A stretch of DNA of 40,917 nt from Synechococcus sp. Its GTDB lineage: Bacteria; Cyanobacteriota; Cyanobacteriia; PCC-6307; Cyanobiaceae. The stretch covers positions 1 to 40,917 of the forward strand of contig JBGKDM010000256.1 in the NCBI GenBank assembly GCA_042954165.1. Direction: 5' to 3'. The position numbers were made by a program, and so were the translations under genes. Below, piece after piece: positions 1 through 7,877 of this stretch. Below the pieces are notes generated by a model. That model did no database searches. It had not been told where the DNA came from and saw nothing but the letters and a program-made list of their open reading frames with translations. The first letter of the stretch is position 1. Each line of letters opens with the position of its first letter.

Positions 1-567
1 GTGGAGGAAGATGACGTCATCGATGGCAGGGCCATTGGAGCGGGCGACAGGATTGTCGGGGTCGCCAGCAATGGTGTGCACAGCAATGGATTCAGCCTGG
101 TGCGCAAAGTGCTGGCCATGTCGGGGGCCGATGGAACAACACGATTCGGGCACCGACAGGCACCTCTCATCGACGCCCTTCTCGCTCCCACCACGCTCTA
201 CGGAGCACTGGTGCAGAGCCTTCTGACGTCAGAGGTGCCACTGCACGGCATGGCCCATATCACCGGTGGAGGACTCCCCGAGAACCTGCCGCGCTGCCTG
301 CCGAAGGGTTTCTCGGTCCGGGTTGATCCCCGGAGCTGGTCCCGACCCGAACTGTTCTCCTGGCTGCAGACGAATGGTTCCATCCCGGAGCGGGATCTCT
401 GGCACACCTTCAACATGGGGATCGGCTTCTGCCTCGTGCTGCCGGAGCAAGCCGTGGAGCAGGCAGTCGCTCTCTGCCGCTCACACGATCTCGAGGCCTG
501 GTGCATCGGCGAGGTCGCGACCGCCGAGGGAGACACGCCGTCTGGCGTTCTTGGGCTGCCGGATTGA
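1..567 (+). CDS. purM: Phosphoribosylformylglycinamidine cyclo-ligase (AIR synthetase), C-terminal part; truncated by the window edge
   Basis: Motifs [27 protein letters not shown] and TFNMGIG are typical of PurM. Confidence 0.96.
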   Translation: MEEDDVIDGRAIGAGDRIVGVASNGVHSNGFSLVRKVLAMSGADGTTRFGHRQAPLIDALLAPTTLYGALVQSLLTSEVPLHGMAHITGGGLPENLPRCLPKGFSVRVDPRSWSRPELFSWLQTNGSIPERDLWHTFNMGIGFCLVLPEQAVEQAVALCRSHDLEAWCIGEVATAEGDTPSGVLGLPD

Positions 568-698
568 AAGGAATCTGCAGTGCGATCGTGAACCGCCATG
601 TCAACCGAACACGTTCAGCATTCGACGGCCGTACGATCCCTGAAAGCCTTGTTGCCCGGTCCTGGCGACATACGCGTCGATACATCCCCTTAGTTTGA

Positions 699-1325
699 AT
701 GCCATTCGATAAGTCTCAACGCACGACCCGTCGGCGATCGTCAGCGGGTCCGGTTCCGCCACGCCGGCCAGCGGCCAATGGTCCTGATCGCGGCTACCTC
801 AACCGTCAGGGTCCACGCCCCACCTTTCTGGCCCTCAAGGACCACGGCAAGGTCTACGTCGCCGATCTGCCCTACCTCTCCGATGGTCAGCTCACGCAGA
901 TCAGCAAAGAGGCGTCTGAAGTGCTGGCAAGCCTTGAACGCCGCATTGCTGAACTGGAAAGCACCCAATTCACCGGGCAAACCGAGCGAGACACGCTGAT
1001 CAAGGCCTGCACCAAACGGGACGTCACCAACAGGTTTCTACGCGCCATCGTCGACGAGCAGGAGCATCGGCGCAACAACCCCGCGGTTCGAAACGCTGCG
1101 AACGAATCGCTGCCCCGCACATTCCTGGAGATCGCACGCCACCGCCTCCCGGGGACCACATTTGATTCACTGCTTCAGGAAGCCCTGGCCGCCTGCGAAC
1201 AGCAGGCCAGCGAACCGGAGCCCGCTGCAGGTCCAGCGAAGGTGATCACCCTTCAGACAGCAGCCGCCAGTCTTCCGGTGGTCGTCAGTCCCGATCCTGA
1301 ACCCAGTGAGGCAGGCAGCGCCTGA
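699..1325 (+). CDS. Hypothetical protein (basic N-terminus, helical core, Pro/Ala-rich tail)
   Basis: 208-aa ATG ORF with genome-typical codon usage filling the gap between purM and a convergent gene. No catalytic motif recognised. Confidence 0.8.
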   Translation: MPFDKSQRTTRRRSSAGPVPPRRPAANGPDRGYLNRQGPRPTFLALKDHGKVYVADLPYLSDGQLTQISKEASEVLASLERRIAELESTQFTGQTERDTLIKACTKRDVTNRFLRAIVDEQEHRRNNPAVRNAANESLPRTFLEIARHRLPGTTFDSLLQEALAACEQQASEPEPAAGPAKVITLQTAAASLPVVVSPDPEPSEAGSA

Positions 1326-1329
1326 GGCC

Positions 1330-2313
1330 TCAAGCGCTCAGGAACGGATTGGCAGGCATGCGCTCGCGACAGGCCAATGCCAGCTGATCCAACCGCTGAC
1401 GATCTGACGACGACAGCGACCAGGCGAGGGCCTGCACCGCATCCCGGGCCTGATGCGGGCGACGCAATCCCGGAAGCGGCGTGGCTCCGTGAGCCCGGCA
1501 CCAGTTCAGGGCCACCTGTGCCAACGACGCCGAATGCCCGGCTGCGATCTCTGCCATGGCTTGCCGAAGAGCTTCACTGGCGGGCAGGAGTCTCCGGAAC
1601 AGACCAGCCCTCAGCCTGGTGCACGCAGGCATTGGTGACCCTGGAGGCAAGGCGAGAACACCGAGCGCCAACGGGCTGTAGGCCAGCAGGTCAATGCCGA
1701 GCTCACGGCAGGTGTCCCTGATTCCACCGGACGCGATGGCCTCCGGTGCCAGCAAGGACATCTGAACCTGCAAACTCCGCAGGGGGACTCCACGGGCACG
1801 CAGTCGCTGCTGCAGAGCACGGAGTCGAATCGGGCCAAGATTCGAGACACCCAGCTCAGCGACCTGGCCGCCCAGCACAAGATCCGCAAGTCCGTCGAGA
1901 AGGGGCCCTTCCTGCCATGGCGCATAACGCGCTGTGCTCCAGTGCAACTGGACGCGATGGAGATGGCCTGACAAGCGGTCGGCGCTCGCGGCAAAGGCAC
2001 GGTCGAAACCACGACGACCCAGCCGCCATGGGAACGGAGCCAGCTTGGTGGCCACGGTGAGCGATGACCGCAGCTGTGGATCCATCGCATCCACCAGCCG
2101 ACCCAGCAACAGCTCACTGCGACCGTTGAAGCGGCCAGTGCCATAGGAATCAGCCGTATCCACGAGGGTCAACCCTCCCCGAACCCCAACCTCCAGCGTC
2201 TCCGCGAGTTCCGGATCATCCCGCTCTGGCTCATAGCCCCAGAGCAGCTGGTTCCCCCAGGACCAGGTTCCAAAGCCAACTCCCACCATGACGCCCGCTT
2301 CACTCGGCGTCAT
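1330..2313 (-). CDS. Aldo/keto reductase
   Basis: GFGTWSWG, DTADSYG (catalytic Asp/Tyr), ATK, QLHW, GVSN and AYSPLALG motifs. Start placed at ATG 2313 (ORF track starts at 2352; ATG 2289 also possible). Confidence 0.92.
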   Translation of the reverse strand: MTPSEAGVMVGVGFGTWSWGNQLLWGYEPERDDPELAETLEVGVRGGLTLVDTADSYGTGRFNGRSELLLGRLVDAMDPQLRSSLTVATKLAPFPWRLGRRGFDRAFAASADRLSGHLHRVQLHWSTARYAPWQEGPLLDGLADLVLGGQVAELGVSNLGPIRLRALQQRLRARGVPLRSLQVQMSLLAPEAIASGGIRDTCRELGIDLLAYSPLALGVLALPPGSPMPACTRLRAGLFRRLLPASEALRQAMAEIAAGHSASLAQVALNWCRAHGATPLPGLRRPHQARDAVQALAWSLSSSDRQRLDQLALACRERMPANPFLSA

Positions 2314-2366
2314 GATCGCGGCCCTGAGATCAAAACGGCTGCGATAGCCCACTAAAACTCAGCATC

Positions 2367-2396
2367 AAAAAAGCCTGGATGCAAAGCATCCAGGCT
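2367..2396 (-). terminator. Rho-independent terminator of the linker gene
   Basis: Perfect 11-bp stem AGCCTGGATGC-AAA-GCATCCAGGCT with an A6 tract on + (U-tract on -), about 30 nt after the linker stop codon. Confidence 0.88.
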
Positions 2397-2427
2397 GGGC
2401 ACAGGGAACGAACACAGGGCCAGGGAA

Positions 2428-3285
2428 TCAAAAGCGATAGCTGAACTTTCCTCCATACATGCGCCGGAAGGCTGCATTGCTGGAGTTTTTGACGGCCTTG
2501 GTGTAGCAGAAGCCCGAACCATCTCCGGAGAAGCTGGGCGCAGTGATAACAGGAGCCTTGTTAAGCATTTTGACCAACAGGCTGCCTGAATACATGGCGT
2601 TCTCGGACGTGGCGTTTGAAGGTGTCAACTCCAGCGTGCCGATAAATGTGGAGCAATAGGAACGAGCTTCCGACTTAAAGCCGCGCAGGTAAGGGACGGT
2701 GTCGATCCCAAAGGTCTCGAGATACTCTTCAGACGTCACGACGTGGTCGACAAAAGCATCAAATCCCTGGTCAGCGATCAGTTGAATCGCAGCACTGACC
2801 TCCTGCTGGGTGCGAGGAGCGCGTCCAAGCAGATGCTTGGTTGTCAGCTCGACGCCGCGCATTGGCGCCACTGCATGGAAGAACTTGTTCTTGTAGAGGT
2901 CAGACTTGACCAAGCCGGCCATGAATCCACGGACATCAATCCGGCCATCACGAAGAAAGGCCTCCAGTGAAGCGAGACGCTGACTTGCGTTGACACCAAT
3001 GCTTCCAAACACCTGCTTGTAAGCGGCAGAAATAGCCGCCTCAAGGGCTGCCTCACCAGTAGCAGCATAGGAATGATTGACCGAGGAGAAAGGGCAATCC
3101 TCGTGGAGTCGAGGACCTGTCCCCAGACCCATTGAGCCGCACTGATTCTCCTTGTATTGACCAGAACTCGAAGCAGACTTGCCGCCGTTGGACTGTGCAC
3201 TTTTTGCGGCGTTGGCTTGATTGGAATGCGCAAAAGAAACGCGATTCTTATCAGCAAAACTCTGCTTGAGCTTGATGGCAGGCAT
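2428..3285 (-). CDS. Phycoerythrin-II-associated rod linker polypeptide (MpeC/MpeE/F/G-like, probably chromophorylated)
   Basis: Phycobilisome linker domain (AAYKQVFG...LRDGRIDVRGF...KHLLGRAP...SEEYLETFGIDTVPY). The N-terminal YKENQC49GSMGLGTGPRLHEDC64PF block resembles the bilin-binding region of MpeC. The exact paralogue cannot be assigned by eye. Confidence 0.88.
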   Translation of the reverse strand: MPAIKLKQSFADKNRVSFAHSNQANAAKSAQSNGGKSASSSGQYKENQCGSMGLGTGPRLHEDCPFSSVNHSYAATGEAALEAAISAAYKQVFGSIGVNASQRLASLEAFLRDGRIDVRGFMAGLVKSDLYKNKFFHAVAPMRGVELTTKHLLGRAPRTQQEVSAAIQLIADQGFDAFVDHVVTSEEYLETFGIDTVPYLRGFKSEARSYCSTFIGTLELTPSNATSENAMYSGSLLVKMLNKAPVITAPSFSGDGSGFCYTKAVKNSSNAAFRRMYGGKFSYRF

Positions 3286-3632
3286 GGTGGGGCTAAAAAA
3301 TTAAACCAGTTTTTTTTAGGACATCTTTTTGATACTCCTCAGAATCTTAGCGTTATTTAAAACAAGTCCCGGCGCCCCCACAAAGGAACGGCTAAGTTAC
3401 TTTGCGCAACTAGGTCACCAGAAAAACTTCGTGCTATTGCATCAGAACTTGACATGCGTGCAGGCTGAAGAACGGAATTCAAAAGGCATATCCAATTAAA
3501 AGCAATACACCGCAGAAGCTTTCCTCGGCGAAGCATGAGAGAACCCTGATCACAGGGGACCCAACCGTCTTGACCATCAGCAACCTGACAGGTACGCCAT
3601 GATCAGAGCCCAAGCGGGCACTGAACGCAGAA

Positions 3633-3800
3633 GTGACAACAAACAATGAAGCACAAGCGACCAGTTCAATAAACAGCGTCCCTCAGAAGTCACACGGACG
3701 CGACGAAGGGCTGGAACCGGTGCTCTGCCCCCACTGCAAGCGCACCGCCGAGAATGGGATTCGTTGCCTCGGCATGTGCGTGGCCGACAACGAGTACTGA
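3633..3800 (+). CDS. Small Cys-rich protein (55 aa, CxxC-x9-CxxxC), absent from the ORF track
   Basis: Manual translation from GTG 3633: MTTNNEAQATSSINSVPQKSHGRDEGLEPVLCPHCKRTAENGIRCLGMCVADNEY*. The frame is bounded upstream by TGA 3600-3602. Confidence 0.7.
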   Translation: MTTNNEAQATSSINSVPQKSHGRDEGLEPVLCPHCKRTAENGIRCLGMCVADNEY

Positions 3801-3843
3801 ATCGACTCCTAACCGGAGGGGCAACGCAGCCGCTCCCACGCAG

Positions 3844-4365
3844 ATGACGATCACAAGCACTGAACCAAGACATCTCGGCATTCCGCTCCTGAGCGCTGCA
3901 TCGCTCTTCATCGGACTCTCCAGCCCAGGGGCAGGCGAAACCATCGCCTCGATCGGACGGATGCAGAGGAACACATCGGACTGCGTTCTGCGCGTTTCCA
4001 GTCGCTCCCAACAACGCTGCAGACAGGTTCAGCTGGATCGGAAGACGGAGTCCGTTCTCCGGATCCGCTTCATTGGTGCCAGCGAAACCGAAGGCGTCAT
4101 CACCAGCCTCAGCTTCGTGAGCGCGGACCCCTCAACCCCCCTTCCACTGCGCTGCACCCAGGGACGCTGTCAACTCCAGGGCTCCAGCCACTGGGAGGGA
4201 CCTGTTCTCGGCGCCTCGGAATCCTTCACCACCAGCCTTGGCATCTCGATCGGGGTCCCGAAGGCCTGGGCCGCCCGTGGCGTGTGCCGCGTCAGCCAGG
4301 TGAACGTGATCTGCGAAGCCACCCGCAGCGACGGACTCGCGCTCAGGGCCGAAGCATGGTTCTGA
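3844..4365 (+). CDS. Hypothetical, probably exported protein with six Cys
   Basis: Starting at ATG 3844 removes the overlap with the microprotein. Signal-peptide-like stretch LGIPLLSAASLFIGLSSPGAG, then a beta-rich sequence with 6 Cys. Confidence 0.7.
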   Translation: MTITSTEPRHLGIPLLSAASLFIGLSSPGAGETIASIGRMQRNTSDCVLRVSSRSQQRCRQVQLDRKTESVLRIRFIGASETEGVITSLSFVSADPSTPLPLRCTQGRCQLQGSSHWEGPVLGASESFTTSLGISIGVPKAWAARGVCRVSQVNVICEATRSDGLALRAEAWF

Positions 4366-4540
4366 ACGATGGGTCCACAACCGATCAAGCCAAGAGGATG
4401 CATCAATCGCATCCAGTCAACGAAAACATGGTGGAAAGCAAAGTTGAAGACACAACCTTCAACAGGCAATCAACGGTGGTTCATGATTTACATCTAAAAC
4501 CGAACAACCCAAGCCGTCATCGTCAAGAGGCTGGCACCAA

Positions 4541-4999
4541 TCAACTTTCTTGCCCAGGGGGGCTGTAAAGCGCAATATCCCTGAAGTCAAACCAATTGTC
4601 TTCGGCCGACGTGGGCTCACCAGCGGAAGCGTTGTAGTTGATCGTGATCTGCTCATCACGGTCAATATCCCTGGCAGCGGAGATCACCAGAAACTCTCCG
4701 CTTGAATCCGCTTTGTAGCGTGCATTCGCTGGATTCGCGTGGTTGTAAAGGCTTCCGTAGCCCAGCGCAATCGCCTGCATGTTCTCATTGGCCTTTGTTT
4801 TAAGACCCGGAACCAAGGTCGACCAAGCAAAGATAACATTCCTGACTTCGATGGGCAGATATTGAAACGGAGTCTCAAATTTCATCACCGGACAGACCTC
4901 GATCACCTCACCAGCAGCAATCGCCCGAGAGGCAAACATCCCCCTCCCCATGGAAGTTCCAGTCTCTTTGACATACCCAATCGACGGAAAAGGTTGCAT
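4541..4999 (-). CDS. SET-domain protein (putative lysine N-methyltransferase)
   Basis: SET motifs GRGMFASRAIAAGEVI, SLYNHANPANA and AARDIDRDEQITINY. No post-SET Cys cluster. Start at ATG 4999 (ORF track gives 5020). Confidence 0.9.
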   Translation of the reverse strand: MQPFPSIGYVKETGTSMGRGMFASRAIAAGEVIEVCPVMKFETPFQYLPIEVRNVIFAWSTLVPGLKTKANENMQAIALGYGSLYNHANPANARYKADSSGEFLVISAARDIDRDEQITINYNASAGEPTSAEDNWFDFRDIALYSPPGQES

Positions 5000-5443
5000 C
5001 AATTGCCGCCCAACTAACACGAGAAAATGATTTTTAACTTAGGACGAAAGCCAAACCAGCGCAATCGCTCCATGACCAGAACCAAACGCCTTGACACCTT
5101 GAAAACCGAGGCCAGAACGACCAGATGATCCGTTCATACCCCCAGGCCGTCACCAGGCACGCACCCAAACCCCGGCCCCCAGCAACCTGAACGCACCACG
5201 ACAACCAGAGCAGGACGCACGGGAGGGATCTCTTGCCGAAGTCCTTCCATTCCAAGGGGTGGGAGAATCGACGCCGCAAAGGTTTACCAAAGGTCGCGTG
5301 CACGGCCCGCATCATTGGCCAGCCAAAAGGTCCCGAGAATGTCCCAGATGAGACTCAAAGCGCTCACAAACCCGGAAGCGCAGTCATCAACGTGAGATTT
5401 CGAGACTTGTTGCTGAGACTCCTTTCGAATCTCACAGGTAAGA

Positions 5444-5514
5444 AGGCGGCACCCAGATTCGAACTGGGGATAAAGGATTTGCAATCCTCTGCCTTACCAC
5501 TTGGCCATGCCGCC
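5444..5514 (-). tRNA. tRNA-Cys (GCA)
   Basis: Minus strand reads GGCGGCATGGCCAAGTGGTAAGGCAGAGGATTGCAAATCCTTTATCCCCAGTTCGAATCTGGGTGCCGCCT: cloverleaf, GCA anticodon, TTCGAA T-loop, no encoded CCA. Confidence 0.97.
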
Positions 5515-5574
5515 GGACAGAAGCCATCGCTTCCACCAGCGGATCGTATCAGCGAGCGGCCTGAAGGACTGCTG

Positions 5575-6807
5575 GTGATCTGCAACGGTCATGGGGAAGA
5601 CCTGATCGCCTTGCGAATTGTCGAGGCGCTCCATGGCCAGATGCCGCAGCTGCGACTTTCGGTGCTGCCGTTGGTCGGCGAAGGCAAGGCCTTCAACCTG
5701 CCGGTTCAGCAGGGTTGGCTGAAACTGATCGGCCCCAGGGCCCCACTGCCCAGCGGTGGCTTCAGCAATCAAAGCCTGATGGGCCTCACGGCCGACCTGG
5801 CTGCCGGGTTACCGCTGCTCACCTGGAAACAATGGCGCGCCCTGAAACACCAGTGCCGGACGCACCAGGCGGTTCTCGCCGTCGGCGATCTGCTGCCTTT
5901 GCTGCTCGCCTGGGCAAGCGGACGACGCTTCGGCTTCATCGGCACCCCCAAGAGTGACTACACCTGGAGCAGCGGACCTGGCCGGTCGCTCAGTGATCTC
6001 TACCACCGCCTCAAGGGCAGCGAATGGGATCCCTGGGAATGGGCATTGATGCGCCACCATCGCTGCCGCTTGATCGCGATGCGCGACAGACTCACCGCCC
6101 GTGGCCTCAGACGGCATGGGGTGCCTGCCCTGGCCCCTGGCAACCCGATGATGGACGGACTGGCGCACACCAACCCTCCAGCGGCGCTGGAACGGTGCAG
6201 ACGGATTCTGATTCTCTGCGGCAGCCGCATGCCTGAGGCGCTCAGCAACGCCGAACGCCTGCTGCGGTGCCTGCAGGCGTTCCGGAGCGATGTGCCCCTG
6301 ACGCTGCTGATGGCCACGGGGGCGCAACCGTCTGCGGAGACGCTGGAACCACTGCTCCGACACCTCGGATTCCGTCCCTGCCCCCCTCCTGCCGACGCCC
6401 TACAAGCAGATTCATGCTGGGTCTGCGGCGTTCAGATGCTCCTGCTGGGGAGTGGCCGCTTCAGTCGCTGGGCCAGCTGGGCTGACGTGGGACTGGCCAC
6501 GGCCGGCACAGCCACCGAACAACTGGCTGGCCTCGGAATCCCATCCCTCTCTCTCCCAGGAAGGGGGCCCCAGTTCACCCGGGGCTTTGCGACACGACAA
6601 AGCCGACTGCTCGGTGGAGCTGTCCAGACCTGCCAGTCGCCACAGGACCTCCGCCGCAGACTGACCGCACTGCTGGCTGACGCGACACTCAGACAGCACC
6701 TGGGCGACATCGGCCGCGCACGGATGGGCCGCCCGGGCGGGTCCCAGGCCCTGGCCGGATTGGTCCGTGCGCAGCTGATCACGGATACTGGCTCCATCAA
6801 GACGTAG
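5575..6807 (+). CDS. Lipid-A-disaccharide-synthase-related GT-B glycosyltransferase (cyanobacterial LpxB-like family)
   Basis: NGHGED, LPLVGEG, PSGGF, GTPKSDY, GNPMMD, GSR and AGTATEQ motifs. Start uncertain: GTG 5575 follows SD-like GAAGGA; the longer ORF runs through the antisense of tRNA-Cys. Confidence 0.82.
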   Translation: MICNGHGEDLIALRIVEALHGQMPQLRLSVLPLVGEGKAFNLPVQQGWLKLIGPRAPLPSGGFSNQSLMGLTADLAAGLPLLTWKQWRALKHQCRTHQAVLAVGDLLPLLLAWASGRRFGFIGTPKSDYTWSSGPGRSLSDLYHRLKGSEWDPWEWALMRHHRCRLIAMRDRLTARGLRRHGVPALAPGNPMMDGLAHTNPPAALERCRRILILCGSRMPEALSNAERLLRCLQAFRSDVPLTLLMATGAQPSAETLEPLLRHLGFRPCPPPADALQADSCWVCGVQMLLLGSGRFSRWASWADVGLATAGTATEQLAGLGIPSLSLPGRGPQFTRGFATRQSRLLGGAVQTCQSPQDLRRRLTALLADATLRQHLGDIGRARMGRPGGSQALAGLVRAQLITDTGSIKT

Positions 6808-6811
6808 GGCA

Positions 6812-7081
6812 ATGGCAGGCATTCAGGACCATGACTACCTGCGCGTCTGTGCCCGCCTGGCCGGCGCCCTCGGCATCAGTCAGGCCTCTGCACGCCGTCG
6901 GGTCGAGATGGCTGCCGCCAGAGAGGGAGTGCGGGATCCCGAAGCACGCAAGCGCATTGCCAGCGACCTGCTGGACAACGCCCTGAAAGAGGCTGAGTCT
7001 GCGGAGACCAGCCCCGGGGCAGGCCTCGACGCACTGCTGGAAGCGAGGCCGGAAGACGAAAACTTCATGCTCGAGGACTGA
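6812..7081 (+). CDS. Small helical hypothetical protein
   Basis: 89-aa ATG ORF starting 4 nt after the upstream stop codon; typical codon usage; acidic C-terminus DENFMLED. Confidence 0.78.
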   Translation: MAGIQDHDYLRVCARLAGALGISQASARRRVEMAAAREGVRDPEARKRIASDLLDNALKEAESAETSPGAGLDALLEARPEDENFMLED

Positions 7082-7107
7082 AGGAGTCGCCCCGAGCATG
7101 GGCAGCC

Positions 7108-7752
7108 TCAATGTTCAAACACCTGGTTGAACCTCAGGCGGTCAAGGTCGGCGATCACAGGAATGCAGGGGAAGCACCGTTGGGCCAGGTCCCAGCGCCC
7201 CTCACGACGAAGCATCATTTCGAGCCTGTCGCGGGCGGCCAGCAAATAGCGGGCATCATTCGCGGCGTAGGCAAGTTGAGCATCGGTCAGCTCGTCCACG
7301 CGGCCCCAGTCGCTGCTTTGCGCCTGCTTGTCCAGTTCAACACCGACCAGTTCAAGAACCAGATCCTTGAGCCCATGCCGAGGGGTGTAGGTGCGCGCCA
7401 AGCGGCTCCCCACCTTGGTGCAGAAAATCGGATTGACCGCGATTCCAAGACCGCTGGCGAGCGCCGCCACATCGAAGCGTGCGAAATGGAACACCTTCTC
7501 GACCGACGGGGATTCCATCAAGGCCTTGAGGCGGGGAGCCTCGGTTTGACCAAGCCCCACCCGAATGCAGCAGACATGATCATCTTGGTCGCAGATCTGC
7601 ACGAGACAGAGCCGGTCACGCCCATGGATCAGCCCCATCGCCTCGGTGTCAACGGCCAATGCCTTGGCGCGGCTGTAGCGCTCAGCCCAGGCAGCATCCA
7701 GATCGCCATCGAAGACAGCGAACTCACGGGGCGCGGTAGCGGCGTCAGCCAT
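7108..7752 (-). CDS. rnd: Ribonuclease D-like 3'-5' exonuclease (DEDDy)
   Basis: AVDTE, RLCLVQI, KVFHFARFD, SSDWG and YAAND motifs. Start at ATG 7752. Confidence 0.92.
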   Translation of the reverse strand: MADAATAPREFAVFDGDLDAAWAERYSRAKALAVDTEAMGLIHGRDRLCLVQICDQDDHVCCIRVGLGQTEAPRLKALMESPSVEKVFHFARFDVAALASGLGIAVNPIFCTKVGSRLARTYTPRHGLKDLVLELVGVELDKQAQSSDWGRVDELTDAQLAYAANDARYLLAARDRLEMMLRREGRWDLAQRCFPCIPVIADLDRLRFNQVFEH

Positions 7753-7877
7753 CAGGGTCGCAGTGATCACATCAACCCTCCCACTCTGCTCACCCAAGCG
7801 CTCCAGCGACCTTTTCGCCCCAGAGGTTGAAAATCAAAACGAGTCTCGCCTAGACCAAGCTGAGACAAGGAGGGGTT

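Noticed and set aside
3726-3800. Idea that the four-Cys microprotein is a split post-SET Zn module for the SET enzyme
   Set aside because: The Cys spacing does not match post-SET CxC-x4-C, the SET protein lacks the NHSC Cys, and the genes are on opposite strands.
3754-3843. ORF-track start of the secreted protein
   Set aside because: It overlaps the better-supported four-Cys microprotein; the signal peptide fits ATG 3844.
5034-5315. 93-aa Trp-rich minus-strand ORF
   Set aside because: Composition reflects the C/A strand skew and no domain is recognisable; treated as non-coding.
7827-7848. Possible Fur-like box between rnd and pex
   Set aside because: Only one half-site resembles TGAnAATC and there is no dyad symmetry.
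7859-7869. 11-mer GCTGAGACAAG upstream of pex, repeated at 32740-32750
   Set aside because: A single 11-mer match among several kb of intergenic DNA is plausible by chance, and there is no other support.
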